Shown here: positions 41,913 through 53,202 of the stretch, piece after piece | Position numbering within the stretch: position 1 is the stretch's first letter | Layout of the letters: each line of letters starts with the position of its first letter | Origin: Thermoproteus sp. | Lineage (GTDB): Archaea > Thermoproteota > Thermoprotei > Thermoproteales > Thermoproteaceae | Direction of reading: 5' to 3' | NCBI GenBank assembly: GCA_049976425.1 | Contig: JBMFIG010000004.1 | Span: 26,503-90,502 of the forward strand | Length of the DNA stretch: 64,000 nt | Position numbers and translations under genes: made by a program | The notes under the pieces: generated by a model | Seen by the model: only the letters and a program-made list of their open reading frames with translations | The model's database searches: none | What the model was told of the DNA's origin: nothing

Positions 41913-42953
41913 CTATTCTATGGACAGCACCGTCTTTATATCGTCGTGCGTCCAGCTGTAGGCCTCCTGGTAGTTCTCCAAGGTCGCCGTCTTCGTTATG
42001 AGCTTCTTGGGCCAGCCGCCGAAGCGGTCGTCCGCCTCCTTCAAATGCCTCAAAGCCGCCTCGAAGTGCCTAAGCCCGGCGTTGACGGAGCCCACCACGA
42101 GCTTGTTGTTGAGGACGGCGTCTGTGAGGAGCTTCCCCACGTCGTCGAGCCGCCCGCCGGGCGGGTAGACGCCAAGGAGGACCTCGACGCCGCCGGGGCC
42201 GAGCCTTTCGAGCCCCTCCAGCGCCACCGCCGACGCGCCGGTCGCCTCGACCACTAGGTCGTAGGTCCCCGAGATCCTCTCGTGCGCCGCGTCCACGTAC
42301 GCGCCGCCGAGCTCCTTGACGAGCCTCGCCTTCAAGCTGTCGGGGGGCCTCGTCGCCACGGCTGTGACGGACAGGCCCATGAGCCTCAAGACCATGGCCG
42401 CGAGAAGGCCCACGGGCCCGGCGCCGAGCACCAACGCTGTCTCCGGCCTTCTGCCGAGCCTGGACTGGTAGAGGTTGAGCCCCAGCTCCACGCCCTTCTC
42501 GACCACCGAGAGGGGCTCTGTCAAGACAGCTATGTCGGCGATCTCCTTGGGGACCTTGACCAGATACGCGGCGTCGGTGACCGAGTACTCGGCCGCGTGT
42601 CCGTGGAGTCCCCATATGCCGTGCTCCAGATATCTCCCCACGGGGCAGTAGTCTACGGGGAGGCCGCAGTTGAGGGGCCTCCTGACCGTGGGGACCACGA
42701 GGTCGCCCGGCGACACGTTGTCCACGCCCGGCCCCAGCTCCGCGACCTCGGCCAAGGCCTCGTGGCCCAGAATCAAGTAGTCGCTACCCTCGGGGGCCTT
42801 GCCGTACTTCCCCTCTATTATCTCCTTGTCGGTGCCGCAGACCCCCACCTTGAGAGGTCTGAGGAGGACCTGCCCCGGCCCTGGAGACGGCTTGGGGACA
42901 TCCCTAAGCCTCAGAGACTCGGGAACTCCCGGCATCACGGTCACCGCCTTCAT
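41913..42953 (-). CDS. gdh: Zn-dependent glucose 1-dehydrogenase (archaeal Entner-Doudoroff pathway)
   Basis: GVCGTD, LGHE, VPTVRR, GAGPVG, GSVNA and DIKTV. Confidence 0.88.
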   Translation of the reverse strand: MKAVTVMPGVPESLRLRDVPKPSPGPGQVLLRPLKVGVCGTDKEIIEGKYGKAPEGSDYLILGHEALAEVAELGPGVDNVSPGDLVVPTVRRPLNCGLPVDYCPVGRYLEHGIWGLHGHAAEYSVTDAAYLVKVPKEIADIAVLTEPLSVVEKGVELGLNLYQSRLGRRPETALVLGAGPVGLLAAMVLRLMGLSVTAVATRPPDSLKARLVKELGGAYVDAAHERISGTYDLVVEATGASAVALEGLERLGPGGVEVLLGVYPPGGRLDDVGKLLTDAVLNNKLVVGSVNAGLRHFEAALRHLKEADDRFGGWPKKLITKTATLENYQEAYSWTHDDIKTVLSIE

Positions 42954-43025
42954 GGCCCCTCCACCTCCCCAATATAAATTGTGCCCCGCCGCGTCACCTT
43001 CTTATAGGCGTGTGCGGGTTGGGCA

Positions 43026-45248
43026 GTGCGCCTCATCGTAGTGTCGAACAGACTGCCGGTGACCGTCGCCGTAAAGGACGGCGAGGTTTCCGTGAGGGAG
43101 TCAGTCGGCGGCCTGGCGACCGCCATGAAGACGCTCCTCGCCGCCACCGACGGGGGCAGAGCCTTGGGCTTCGACGGTGTCCTCTGGGTCGGCTGGCCCG
43201 GTCTGGCGGGCGATGCTCTGGATCCCAAGATCTCTGAGGCGCTCAGATCGCAGGGGCTAGAGCCAGTGCCGTTGGGGAGGGACGAGGTGGAGAAGTTCTA
43301 CGAGGGGTTCTGCAACTCCACGCTCTGGCCCCTCTTCCACGGCTTCACGACCTACACGGTCTATAGGGACGATTTCTGGGACTCCTACGTCTCGGTCAAC
43401 AAGAAGTTCGCCGACGTCCTCGCGTCCGTAGCCAAGCCGGACGACTACGTCTGGGTCCACGACTACCACTTCATGCTCCTCCCCCTCTACTTGAGAGGCC
43501 AGATGCCCGACCTGGGCGTCGGCTTCTTCCTCCACATACCGTTCCCCCCTCCCGAGATACTCCAGCTGATGCCGTCGTCTTGGCGGAACGAGATACTCGA
43601 CGGGCTCCTCGCCTCGGACCTCGTGGGGTTCCACACCCACGAGTACTCCTACAACTTCGTGAGGAGCGTCGTGAGGTTTTTGGGCTACGGCGTGGAGCTC
43701 GACGTAGTAAAGTCGAGGCACGGCTACACCAAGGTCGGGGTCTTCCCCATAGGCATAGACTACGAGAGGTTCCACAACTCCGGCGCCGATCCGCAGGTGG
43801 CGAAGGAGATAGAGGAGGTGAGGCGTCTCCTGAGAGGCCTCAAGGTGGTCTTCTCCATAGACAGGCTGGACTACACCAAGGGCGTCATAAACAGGGTATA
43901 CGCCTGGGAGAGGTTCTTGAAGTCCAGGCCGGAGTGGCGGAGGAAGGCCTCCTTCGTCCTCGTCGTGGTGCCGTCGAGGGCCGGAGTGCCGCAGTACGAG
44001 GCGATGAAGAGGCAGATAGACATGGAGGTGGGCAGGATAAACGGCGAGCTGGGCGAGCTGGATTGGGTCCCCATAATATACCTCTACAGGTTCCTCCCGA
44101 CGCCCACGTTGCTGGCCATGTACAATCTGGCCGACGTCGCGTTGATAACGCCCTTGAAGGACGGCATGAACCTCGTCTCCAAGGAGTACGTCGCGTCGCG
44201 GAGGGACTGCCGCGGCGTCTTGATACTGAGCGAGACGGCGGGGGCCGCCAAGGAGTTGACCGAGGCCATCATCGTCAACCCCAACGACGTGGAGGGGATG
44301 GCCAAGGCCATAGAGAAGGCCTTGACCATGCCGGAGGAGGAGCAGTGCAGGAGGATCCAGGAGATGCAGAGGAAGCTAAAGGCGCAGGACGTGGTGAAGT
44401 GGGGCGTCGACTTCATACAGAGCTTGATGGGGGCAAGGCTGGAGAGGGCCGAGAGGGAGAGGAGGCTGGCGACGGCCATACCGCTGGAAGGCGAGGAGCT
44501 CGACCGCATGGCCGCCGCGTACCGGTCCGCCTCCGTCCGCCTGCTGTTCCTCGACTACGACGGCACCCTCGTCCCCCTCTACCCCTACGCCTACCAGGCG
44601 GTGCCCGACGAGGAGCTCCTGCACCTCCTCGCCGAGCTTGCGCGGCAGGGAGGGACCTACGTCGTTGTGGTGAGCGGGAGGCCCAAGGACTTCCTGGACA
44701 GCTGGTTCGGGAAACTGCCCGTATACCTCATCGCCGAGCACGGGTTCTGGCTCAAGGAGCCGGGCGGCGGCTGGGCCCCCACGGCTAGAGTCGACCTATC
44801 CTGGAAGCTGAAGGTCAGGAAGGTGATGGAGGAGTTCGTGGAGAGGGTGCCGGGGACGTACATAGAGGAGAAGGAGTCGTCGATAGCCTGGCACTACAGA
44901 AACGCCGAGCTGGAGGCCGGCGAGAGGGCCGCGCTGGAGCTCGCCGACAGCTTGACCGCGATGTTGACCGGTAGCGGCGTGGTGGTTATGAGGGGGAAGA
45001 AGGTGGTTGAGGTGAAGCCGGCGGGCGTGAGCAAGGGCACCGCCGCCAGGTCGTTGGTGGAGCTGAAGAGGCCCGACTTCGTCCTCGCCGCAGGAGACGA
45101 CGAGACGGACGAGACCATGTTCGCCGCCCTCCCGCAGACGGCCTACACAGTCAAGGTAGGGCCAGGCAGATCTCTGGCGAAGTACTACCTCCCCAACTAC
45201 AAGGCCTTGAGATCTGTCCTCAGGCGGCTCGTCGAGAGCCAGCACTGA
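43026..45248 (+). CDS. tpsp: Bifunctional trehalose-6-phosphate synthase/phosphatase
   Basis: [33 protein letters not shown], plus HAD motifs DYDGTL and GDDETDE. Confidence 0.93.
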   Translation: MRLIVVSNRLPVTVAVKDGEVSVRESVGGLATAMKTLLAATDGGRALGFDGVLWVGWPGLAGDALDPKISEALRSQGLEPVPLGRDEVEKFYEGFCNSTLWPLFHGFTTYTVYRDDFWDSYVSVNKKFADVLASVAKPDDYVWVHDYHFMLLPLYLRGQMPDLGVGFFLHIPFPPPEILQLMPSSWRNEILDGLLASDLVGFHTHEYSYNFVRSVVRFLGYGVELDVVKSRHGYTKVGVFPIGIDYERFHNSGADPQVAKEIEEVRRLLRGLKVVFSIDRLDYTKGVINRVYAWERFLKSRPEWRRKASFVLVVVPSRAGVPQYEAMKRQIDMEVGRINGELGELDWVPIIYLYRFLPTPTLLAMYNLADVALITPLKDGMNLVSKEYVASRRDCRGVLILSETAGAAKELTEAIIVNPNDVEGMAKAIEKALTMPEEEQCRRIQEMQRKLKAQDVVKWGVDFIQSLMGARLERAERERRLATAIPLEGEELDRMAAAYRSASVRLLFLDYDGTLVPLYPYAYQAVPDEELLHLLAELARQGGTYVVVVSGRPKDFLDSWFGKLPVYLIAEHGFWLKEPGGGWAPTARVDLSWKLKVRKVMEEFVERVPGTYIEEKESSIAWHYRNAELEAGERAALELADSLTAMLTGSGVVVMRGKKVVEVKPAGVSKGTAARSLVELKRPDFVLAAGDDETDETMFAALPQTAYTVKVGPGRSLAKYYLPNYKALRSVLRRLVESQH

Positions 45249-45316
45249 TCTGCGGCCGGCCCGCCGCTCTGTCGGGGCCGGACGAGTTGCTTTTAATCCG
45301 GGGTCCGGAGAGTTCC

Positions 45317-46519
45317 ATGGCCTACCTCCCCCTGGAGGGCGTCCGGGTTGTCGACCTCACCTCGGCCATGGCGGGTCCGTTCGCCACCATGTTGCTGGCG
45401 GATCTCGGCGCCGAGGTGATCAAGGTGGAGCCGCCCGAGGGCGACCAGTCTAGGGACTGGGGCCCGCCGTTCTACGGGGAGAAGTACAGCGCCTACTTCG
45501 CCAGCGTCAATAGGGGGAAGAAGTCGGTGGTGGTGAACCTCAAGAACGAGGACGGGAGGCGCGTCGTCTATAGACTGGCCGAGAGGGCCGACGTCTTCCT
45601 CGAAAACTTTAGGCCCGGCACGGCGGCTAGGCTCGGCGTGGACTACCAGACCCTCCGCAAGTTGAACCCCAGACTGATCTACTGCTCCATATCGGGCTTC
45701 GGGCAGTACGGCAGATATAGGGACCAGCCCGGCTACGACCTCATCGCGTTGGCTATGAGCGGCTTGATGGACCTCACGGGGGAGCCCGACGGGCCTCCCG
45801 TCAAGTTCGCCGTGCCTATAGCCGATATAGTCACCGGCATGTACTGCGCGGTCGCGGTGCTCGCGGCGTTGAGGGCCAGGGAGAGGACGGGCGAGGGGGC
45901 TTACATAGACATGGCTCTCCTGGACAGCGCCTTGGGCATATCCACGCACCAATCCGCCTCCTATCTGGCCAGCGGGAGGGTGCCGCGGAGGCTGGGCAGC
46001 GCCCACTCCAGCATAGCGCCCTATCAAGCCTTCAAGGCGGGTGACGGGAGGTACTTCATCGTGGCGGTCGGCACCGAGAAGCTGTGGAGGGACTTCTGCA
46101 GGGCCATAGGGAGGGAGGATCTCGCCGACGACCCCCGCTTCGAGACTAACGACAAGAGGGTGATTAATAGAGGACTACTCGAGAAGGAGCTTGAGAGGGT
46201 CTTCTCCCAGAGGCCTGCGTCCCACTGGGTCGAGATCCTCAGAGCGGCGGGGATCCCCGCCGCGCCTATATACAACATCGCCGAGGCCCTCAGCGACGAG
46301 AACACTAGGGAGAGGGGCATGTTGCTGGAGTACGCCACCGCTCTAGGCGCCGTGAGGGTGGTGGGGAGCCCTATAAAGATCGACGGCAAGCCGCTGGCGG
46401 CCTCGGCCCCGCCGCCGCTCCTCGGCCAACACACCGTCGAGGTGTTGAGGGAGCTGGGCTACTCGGACGAGGAGATAGAAAGGTTAATAAGGGAGGGGGC
46501 GGTGGGGACATGGCGGTGA
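45317..46519 (+). CDS. Family III (CaiB/BaiF) CoA-transferase
   Basis: [29 protein letters not shown] and PLLGQHT. Confidence 0.92.
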   Translation: MAYLPLEGVRVVDLTSAMAGPFATMLLADLGAEVIKVEPPEGDQSRDWGPPFYGEKYSAYFASVNRGKKSVVVNLKNEDGRRVVYRLAERADVFLENFRPGTAARLGVDYQTLRKLNPRLIYCSISGFGQYGRYRDQPGYDLIALAMSGLMDLTGEPDGPPVKFAVPIADIVTGMYCAVAVLAALRARERTGEGAYIDMALLDSALGISTHQSASYLASGRVPRRLGSAHSSIAPYQAFKAGDGRYFIVAVGTEKLWRDFCRAIGREDLADDPRFETNDKRVINRGLLEKELERVFSQRPASHWVEILRAAGIPAAPIYNIAEALSDENTRERGMLLEYATALGAVRVVGSPIKIDGKPLAASAPPPLLGQHTVEVLRELGYSDEEIERLIREGAVGTWR

Positions 46520-47235
46520 TAAAGGAGAGGGTAGGCGACGTGTTGGTGGTCAAGCTGAGCCGGCCCGAGAAGAGGAACGCGTTCAACCTCGACATGGCCC
46601 GCCGCGTCTTGGAGGCCCTAGACGAGGGGTGCGCCGCGGGCGGCGTCGTCATAACGGGGTCGGGGGGCTTCTTCTCCTCGGGCCTCGACCTCGCCGAGAT
46701 ATACGGGCTTAGGAGCTTGGAGAGCTCCCTCGAGTTCTTCGGGACGGTCAACAGGGTCTCCAAGAGGATCGTCGAGTGCCCTAAGCCCGTGGCGGCCTTC
46801 GTCAACGGGCCGGCCTTGGGCTACGGCACCGAGATGCTGTACTTCGTGGACTACGCCGTGGCCGTGAAGTCGGCCTACTTCTCGCTCCCCGGCGTTAGGT
46901 ACGGCCTCATGACGGCGACTCCAGTAGTGGCGCCGCTCTTGCTGGGGCCGAGGGCCCGGTCCTTCCTCGACTGGGAGTTCAAGCTGACGGCCGAGGAGGC
47001 GCTGGAGTGGGGCCTGGTTCAGAGGCTTGTCGACGACGAGAGGCAGGGCGTGGAGGTTGCCGTAAACATGGTTAAGAAAATAGGCGAGGTCCCCAACTCC
47101 TCGGCGATAAAGAGGTACTTCAAGGCCGTCCTCAAGCTGGTGGAGAGAGACTGGGCGGAGTTCGAGAGGTTCGTCGCCGAGGCCGCCGTGAACCGCGAGG
47201 TGAAGTCCAAGATAGAGCTCTTCCTAAGGCGATGA
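46510..47235 (+). CDS. Enoyl-CoA hydratase/isomerase family protein
   Basis: [24 protein letters not shown] and [10 protein letters not shown]. Confidence 0.88.
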   Translation: MAVIKERVGDVLVVKLSRPEKRNAFNLDMARRVLEALDEGCAAGGVVITGSGGFFSSGLDLAEIYGLRSLESSLEFFGTVNRVSKRIVECPKPVAAFVNGPALGYGTEMLYFVDYAVAVKSAYFSLPGVRYGLMTATPVVAPLLLGPRARSFLDWEFKLTAEEALEWGLVQRLVDDERQGVEVAVNMVKKIGEVPNSSAIKRYFKAVLKLVERDWAEFERFVAEAAVNREVKSKIELFLRR

Positions 47236-48584
47236 TAGACGAGAGAAAGATCCTGGATCTGTTGACCGAGCCTAGCTTCCGGCCCGGCCTCGTCAGGGTA
47301 GTCGACGATGTGCGTAGAGGCGTCGCGGACCCCGTCGAGGTCGTGTCTAGGTCTCTCGACGCCGCTAGGCGCTACTCCCACTTGAACGCCTACATAACGC
47401 TCCTGGACGACGTCGCGATGGAGAGGGCCGAAAGCCTCAGAAAGGCGCTGAGACGGGGCCTCGATAGGGGGCGTCTCTTCGGGGCGCCCGTGTCTCTGAA
47501 GGACAACATATTGACCCGTGGAGTGAGGACCACTATGGGTTCCCGCATATTCCAGAGCTATGTGCCGGCCATCAACGCCAGCATAGTCGACGTACTCGAG
47601 TCCCAGGGCGCCGTGGTGGTGGGCAAAGCTAATCTCCACGAGTTCGCCTCTGGCGTCTCTAACAAGAGCTCCGCGGCAGGCCCGGCCCGCAACCCCCACG
47701 ACCCCTCCCGTATATCCGGCGGCTCCAGTGGCGGCTCCGCCGTGTCCGTGGCAGTCGGCTCCGCGTATGTCTCGGTCGGGACGGATACGTCAGGCTCCGT
47801 GAGGATTCCCGCAGCCCTATGCGGCATAGTGGGCTATAAGCCCACATACGGCTTGATAGATATTTGGGGAGTGTTCCCTCTGGCGTGGACACTCGATACG
47901 ATCGGCGTGTTGGCGAGGAGCATCTCCGACGTTGCCTATTTTCTATACGCCGTCACCGGCGATCCCGACTACGTGCTCCGTATCTCCACCGATTTAGATA
48001 CGAGGAAGATCGCTATAGGCTATTTGGAGCTCGACGAGAATAACAAAGTTGAAAAATATATTATGGATATTATCTCAAAAATAAATAGTGAAGGCTATAA
48101 TATAAGAAAAATTTCTATAAATGTTGAAAAATATATTGAGACGCAGAGAGTGATAAGGCTCGCCGAGGCCTCCGCCGTACATAGAGAGCTCTATAGGGAA
48201 TATAGGGACCTCTACTCGCCCGATGTGGCAAACCTCATAGAGCAAGGCTTTAGATATTCGGCTGTGGACTACCTCACGGCGCAGAGAAACCGCAACAATC
48301 TGACGCAGAGCTACAAGAGGGTATTTAAGTCCGTGGACGCCGTCGTGACGCCCACAGTCCCCGCAGTGGCTCCGCCCGTAGAGCAACTAGACGAGATGGC
48401 GTTTAGGGCCCTCGCGACTAAATACACCACCGTGGCCAACCTAGTCGGCTCCCCTGCACTCTCCTTGCCTGTAGGCTTTGTAGAGGGGTTGCCCGTGGGT
48501 CTCCAGCTCCTAGGCGATATAGGCCATGACGGCGAGCTCCTTGCGATAGCCAGGTCGATAGAGGCCGTGGTCTCCAAGACGTAG
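47232..48584 (+). CDS. Amidase signature family enzyme
   Basis: LKDN, GGSSGGS, GTDTSGSVRIPA and GLPVGLQL. Confidence 0.9.
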   Translation: MIDERKILDLLTEPSFRPGLVRVVDDVRRGVADPVEVVSRSLDAARRYSHLNAYITLLDDVAMERAESLRKALRRGLDRGRLFGAPVSLKDNILTRGVRTTMGSRIFQSYVPAINASIVDVLESQGAVVVGKANLHEFASGVSNKSSAAGPARNPHDPSRISGGSSGGSAVSVAVGSAYVSVGTDTSGSVRIPAALCGIVGYKPTYGLIDIWGVFPLAWTLDTIGVLARSISDVAYFLYAVTGDPDYVLRISTDLDTRKIAIGYLELDENNKVEKYIMDIISKINSEGYNIRKISINVEKYIETQRVIRLAEASAVHRELYREYRDLYSPDVANLIEQGFRYSAVDYLTAQRNRNNLTQSYKRVFKSVDAVVTPTVPAVAPPVEQLDEMAFRALATKYTTVANLVGSPALSLPVGFVEGLPVGLQLLGDIGHDGELLAIARSIEAVVSKT

Positions 48585-48626
48585 CGGTCTTAAACAGATG
48601 GCGGCTATCGCGTCGCCTGCCTTTGA

Positions 48627-49796
48627 TCACTGCGCCGCGACTTCGACGAACCCTCCGAAGGCGTCAACGCTCACTTTCACCACCCCCTTGCCGCCCGGCT
48701 TGTTCTGGGGCAACTTGACGTAGCCGCCCGCCGAGTTGCTCGATGTCAAGAGGCCGACCTCCTCGGGCAGCTTGAGGGCTATCTTGGCCATCCCGCCCGA
48801 CACCTTCAAGCCCACCGACGCCTCGCCCTCGAAGGGCCTGTAGCCGAGCTCTGCCGAGAGGAGGCCTCCCTCCACGTCCGCAACGACCTCCGACTTGCCC
48901 AGCTCCGCCTTGAGCTCGACGACGCCCCCCTCCACGTCTAGGTCGGCCTTGCCGAACTGGATCCCCTCGACCTCCACCTTGCCTCCCTCGACCACTATCT
49001 TGAGCTCGTCGAGCTCGCCCACCTCCAGGACGACCTCGCACCCGTCCGCCTCGACGCGGCCGGGCCCTATCTCGAAGTCCTCCTCGTCTCCGCAGAGGGC
49101 CCTCGCCCGGCCGGCCCCAGGCCTTATCTCGATCTTGGACCCCTCCGCCTCGACGGCGAGCGACCTGCCGTGGGCGAAAGGCCCGTCGTAGACCACCTTC
49201 TCGGCTTTCCGGATCCCCTTGAAGGCCCCCAGCCGGAGCACCGACCCCAAGAGGCTTACACCCTCCGTCAGCAGATGCGCCAGTCCCCCCTCGCCGATTA
49301 GCCCGACGTCTTTGGCCTTCAGCTCCACGTACGGCCTAAGGCCCTTGGGCGCCTTGACGAGCGCCACGTCTCTGATGGACTCGACGACGTCCATGAAAAG
49401 CCCGGGATCCACGTCGTCTGCTATCTCGACTATCGCAGAGTCCTGCACCACGAGCTTCCTGCCCTGTCTCTTGGCGTATTCCAGGAGCTCCTTGTTTATC
49501 TTGGCTACCATCCTGTCTCCGAGGACTAGAGGCGGCTCGGGCCCCTTCGCCTGCCCGCCGCCCTCCGCCTGGAGCGATCTCACTACCTCGAGCGCTCTGG
49601 CCCCCATCTGGGTCAGCCTGTAGAAGCCCTTCTCGTCCTTCTCCACGAGGCCGTCGAGCCTCTTGAGGTGGAAGGCCAGCGTCGGGCTGTCCACCGACAG
49701 CGCGTCCATCAGCTCCGAGTAGAGGCGCGGCCTATCGGCCAACAGCTCCAGTATCCTGCGCCTTAGGGGATTCGCGAGGGCCTCGAAGATGTCCAT
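48627..49796 (-). CDS. ArsR-type winged-helix regulator fused to a C-terminal beta-repeat domain
   Basis: FEALANPLRRRIL...LAFHLKRL...YRLT; C-terminal repeats of VEGGxV. Confidence 0.75.
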   Translation of the reverse strand: MDIFEALANPLRRRILELLADRPRLYSELMDALSVDSPTLAFHLKRLDGLVEKDEKGFYRLTQMGARALEVVRSLQAEGGGQAKGPEPPLVLGDRMVAKINKELLEYAKRQGRKLVVQDSAIVEIADDVDPGLFMDVVESIRDVALVKAPKGLRPYVELKAKDVGLIGEGGLAHLLTEGVSLLGSVLRLGAFKGIRKAEKVVYDGPFAHGRSLAVEAEGSKIEIRPGAGRARALCGDEEDFEIGPGRVEADGCEVVLEVGELDELKIVVEGGKVEVEGIQFGKADLDVEGGVVELKAELGKSEVVADVEGGLLSAELGYRPFEGEASVGLKVSGGMAKIALKLPEEVGLLTSSNSAGGYVKLPQNKPGGKGVVKVSVDAFGGFVEVAAQ

Positions 49797-49928
49797 GGAA
49801 GGCTGAACGCGGAGGGAAAAGAGTTTTTCCGTAAAGTCGGCTGGACATCGCCGGGTCGGAGCGCCGGCCTTTTGTCGAGAAGAATAGACAAAGGCGCGAA
49901 GCATATAAACGCGCCTTTACGTATCTAC

Positions 49929-50462
49929 ATGCGCGCGTTGTTCCCGGGCAGGTTCCAGCCGCCGCATTGGGGCCACGTCAAGGCCGTGAAGGCGATACTG
50001 GAGGAGGTCGACGAGGTCGTCGTGTCTGTGGGATCGGCGCAGTTCAACTACATACTCAAGGATCCCTTCACCGCCGGCGAGAGGATCTGGATGTTGAGGG
50101 AGGGGTTGAGGGAGGGCGGCGTCGATCTGTCCAGGGTGATCATAATCCCCATACCCAACGTGGAGAACAACCTGGAGTGGCTGGGCCGCGTGCGGTCCTA
50201 CGCGCCTCCCTTCGAGGTGGTCTACACGGGCAACCCCTTCGTGGCCAGGCTGTTCAGAGACGCGGGGTACGAGGTGAGGCAACAGCCCATGTTCGAGAGG
50301 GATCGCTACGTCTCCACGCGCGTCCGCGAGCTTATGCTGGCCGGCGACCCGAGGTGGGAGGAGCTCGTGCCGAGGTCGGTCGCCGAGATCGTGAAGAGGA
50401 TCGGCGGGGTCGAGAGGTTGAGGATAGCGGCTGGGGGAGAGGCGGAGCCCCACATGTGGTGA
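49929..50462 (+). CDS. nadM: Nicotinamide-nucleotide adenylyltransferase
   Basis: GRFQPPHWGH, GSAQ, PFTAGER and STRVR. Confidence 0.92.
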   Translation: MRALFPGRFQPPHWGHVKAVKAILEEVDEVVVSVGSAQFNYILKDPFTAGERIWMLREGLREGGVDLSRVIIIPIPNVENNLEWLGRVRSYAPPFEVVYTGNPFVARLFRDAGYEVRQQPMFERDRYVSTRVRELMLAGDPRWEELVPRSVAEIVKRIGGVERLRIAAGGEAEPHMW

Positions 50463-51997
50463 TGAGGCCCGTCCTCGCGCTCCTGGCTCTGGCCGCGCTG
50501 GCACTCGCGACGGCGACGCCCATATCGCACGTGGTGATAGTGGTCGAGGAGAATAGGGCGTTCGACAACCTCTTCGGCCTCTACCCCTTCGGCTGTCCCC
50601 CCATCGTGAACAACATAACGCTATCCGTCATGTGGCCCTACGGCCTATACGACAACTACAGCCAGCTGGAGCGCAGTTGCGCCGAGATCCCGTGGATATC
50701 GGTGCCGGAGGTCCCCTGGGCTCCTTGGCTGGGCCAGAGACATCCCCGCTACGCGGGATCGGCGGTCGAGGATAACCCCGCCGAGGGCTGGACGCAGTAC
50801 CACGGCGACTACTGGTTCGGCAAGCCTGTGGGCTTCGTCCTCTACTCCGGCCCGCAGTCCCTCGAATACCTCTCCTATCAACAAGTCTGGCCTCTCTGGG
50901 ATCTCGCCGAGGAGTACGTCCTGGCCGACGCGTTCTTCGCCCCCGTCCTGGGCCTCACGGAGCCCAACAGGGTGGCCGACCTCATAGGGAGGCCGCCCGG
51001 CTTCTACACCGACAGCGCCGTCGGCGTCGTGCCGTTCGAGCAGTCTGTGATGTACCAGCTCGAGAAAGCCGGCGTGTCTTGGGGCTACTACGTCTACGGC
51101 TACCGAGGAGGGGTGCCGTATCCCCTCACGGCCTTCTCCGGCGCCGAGAGGTATATAGGCCACTACGGAGACTACGGCGACTTCCTGGCGAGGCTCGGCA
51201 ACTGCTCCATACCGGCGGTCTCCTGGGTCATGTTCTTCGGCGGCTCCAGCGACGAGTACGACATGCACCCGCCGCACAACGCAACCGCCGGCGCCCTCGC
51301 CGTCTTGAGGCTCGTGGAGGCGGTGGAGCGCAGCCCTTGCTGGAACTCCACGGCCGTGTTCATAACCTTCGACGAGGGCGGGGGCTTCTACGACCAGGTG
51401 GCGCCGCCCGCCGTGGACCCCTTCGGGCTGGGCCAGAGAGTGCCTCTCATAATAGTGTCGCCGTACGCCAAGGAGGGCTACGTGGACAACCACACCATGA
51501 GCGACTACACCATCCTCGCCTTCATAGACTACAACTGGGGCCTGCCCTACCTGACGCCCGAGGTCGCCGACAGCGATCTGCAAGGCCTCCTAGACGCCTT
51601 TAACTTCTCCGCGCCGCCGCGGCCCCCGCTCGAGCCGTCCAACTGGACCTACCCGTTGCCTCTCCAGTACCCAGTCCACTACGGCTATATAGCCGCCGTG
51701 CCGAAATACGCCACCTACGCCGACGTCTACAGAGCCCCCGGCCTAGACGCGTTGCCGTGGCTCACAGCCGCCTTGCTGGCCCTCCTCGCGGCCTGGGCCG
51801 TCTCGCGGAGGAGGCCTCTCGCCTACGCCGCCGCGGCCATCTCGGCGGTCGAGGCGCCGCTCTCGGCCTATATCTACTACGCCTGGCCCATGTACCAGTT
51901 CGTCGCGCAGTACTACGTCGCCGTCTCCGGCCTGGCGCTGGGCGGATTCGCCCTATGGACGCTGGGCCGGATAGCCAGAAGGCCCCGGCGCGGCTAG
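50462..51997 (+). CDS. Secreted, C-terminally anchored phosphoesterase (phospholipase C/AcpA family)
   Basis: Signal peptide; ENRAFDNLFG, TEPNR, DMHPP, TFDEGGGFYD and GQRVP; C-terminal TM helices. Confidence 0.85.
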   Translation: MRPVLALLALAALALATATPISHVVIVVEENRAFDNLFGLYPFGCPPIVNNITLSVMWPYGLYDNYSQLERSCAEIPWISVPEVPWAPWLGQRHPRYAGSAVEDNPAEGWTQYHGDYWFGKPVGFVLYSGPQSLEYLSYQQVWPLWDLAEEYVLADAFFAPVLGLTEPNRVADLIGRPPGFYTDSAVGVVPFEQSVMYQLEKAGVSWGYYVYGYRGGVPYPLTAFSGAERYIGHYGDYGDFLARLGNCSIPAVSWVMFFGGSSDEYDMHPPHNATAGALAVLRLVEAVERSPCWNSTAVFITFDEGGGFYDQVAPPAVDPFGLGQRVPLIIVSPYAKEGYVDNHTMSDYTILAFIDYNWGLPYLTPEVADSDLQGLLDAFNFSAPPRPPLEPSNWTYPLPLQYPVHYGYIAAVPKYATYADVYRAPGLDALPWLTAALLALLAAWAVSRRRPLAYAAAAISAVEAPLSAYIYYAWPMYQFVAQYYVAVSGLALGGFALWTLGRIARRPRRG

Positions 51998-53160
51998 ACC
52001 ACGCCGTACCTCCTGGCAATATCCCTCGCCATCTCGACGAGCTCGCGAGGCCCTAGAGAGAGATCGGCGACGTCCGGCGGAGTCTCGGCCAGGCTGACGA
52101 GCCCGGCCTTTTCTGCCACCTTCCTCAGCCTGGACGCGGCCTCCTTCGCCTCGCCCGCGGTGAACGGGCCCATCTTGACCTCGAAGGCCCATATACGCCT
52201 CCTCCCCCTGGTCAAGACCACGTCTACGTCCTCGCGGGGCGAGTACCTCTGCGTGGCGCCGAAGTGCTCGGCCAGCATCTCGCCGACGGTGAACTGGGCC
52301 TCCCTCCCCAGAGGGAGCTCCGGCGGGGTCGAGCCCAGATCGCTCACGTTGTATTTGGCCTCGGCGTAGAGGATCAGAGACAGAGCCGGCGATCTGACAG
52401 CGTAGTACCGCTCCCTCCCCAGCGTGGGGATCGCCCTCAACACGCCCATCTTGGCGAGCCGCGCCAAGATCGATGAGGCCGAGGCGAGGCCGCCCCTCAG
52501 CCCGAGCGCCCCGGCCACGTCGGAGCTCTTCCAGTACCCCGCCGCGACAAGCAAGATAGCCCTCCAGTAGATCTCGGTCAACTCCCTATCCTCCTCTGCG
52601 AAGACCTCGCCCACAAGCCCTCTCGCGGCCAGCGCGAGGTCCCGCGCCCTCGCCTTCAACTCCTCGGCGCTCCCGATATGCGGTATCAACCAAGGATCTC
52701 TCCACAACATGGAGAGGACGGGGTCCCCAACCTGGGGCAGGATGTCGCTGTAGGCTATGATATCGACGTGGAAAGGCGCGAAGAGGCCCAAGAGGGGGCT
52801 CGAGCGGTCGAAGACCTTGCCGAGGACGCCGTGGCTGGAGCCGCTGGCCACGAGCACCCCGTTGGGCGCCCAGCTGGCCAGAAGATCCCAAAACCTCGCG
52901 GGGAGGCGCTGGAACTCGTCCACCACGGCTACGCCGCCCCGCCGCAGAGCTACGCCGACCTCTCTGAGGGCCGACTCCACCGGCACCAGCTCCCCGCCCA
53001 ACACCGCGGCGCCGCCGCCTTGGCCGACCAACATATAGACGTCGTGGCGGACGCAGTTCTTGACCAAAGTGGTCTTCCCGACCTTGCGCCTGCCGTACAG
53101 CAGAACCCAGCCTGAGAGCTTGGAGAGCGCGGCGCACTCCCTCCGTTTAATTAGTCTCAT
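51994..53160 (-). CDS. Archaeal ATPase with winged HTH and C-terminal PD-(D/E)xK nuclease-like domain
   Basis: YGRRKVGKT, VVDEFQ, SGS; HTH segment SSDVAGAL...LARLAKMG; EDVDVV...FEVK. Confidence 0.82.
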   Translation of the reverse strand: MRLIKRRECAALSKLSGWVLLYGRRKVGKTTLVKNCVRHDVYMLVGQGGGAAVLGGELVPVESALREVGVALRRGGVAVVDEFQRLPARFWDLLASWAPNGVLVASGSSHGVLGKVFDRSSPLLGLFAPFHVDIIAYSDILPQVGDPVLSMLWRDPWLIPHIGSAEELKARARDLALAARGLVGEVFAEEDRELTEIYWRAILLVAAGYWKSSDVAGALGLRGGLASASSILARLAKMGVLRAIPTLGRERYYAVRSPALSLILYAEAKYNVSDLGSTPPELPLGREAQFTVGEMLAEHFGATQRYSPREDVDVVLTRGRRRIWAFEVKMGPFTAGEAKEAASRLRKVAEKAGLVSLAETPPDVADLSLGPRELVEMARDIARRYGVV

Positions 53161-53186
53161 CAGACTAGTCCAAATAGACTAGTCTA
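53150..53186. promoter_or_regulatory. Three phased GACTAGTC-type palindromes overlapping the ATPase start; putative operator
   Basis: TAGACTAGTCTA (53175-53186), GACTAGTC (53163-53170) and half-site TAGTCT (53152-53157); centres 14 bp apart. Confidence 0.6.
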
Positions 53187-53202
53187 AAAAGTTTAGTGAC
53201 GG

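Noticed and set aside
48040-48140. Abrupt AT-rich patch inside the amidase gene as a possible insertion or intron
   Set aside because: The frame stays open, protein length is normal for the family, and no flanking repeats or bulge-helix-bulge motif were seen.
49967-50461. N-terminal extension of the 676-aa phosphoesterase ORF
   Set aside because: It is a shadow frame over nadM; the signal peptide starts at ATG 50462.
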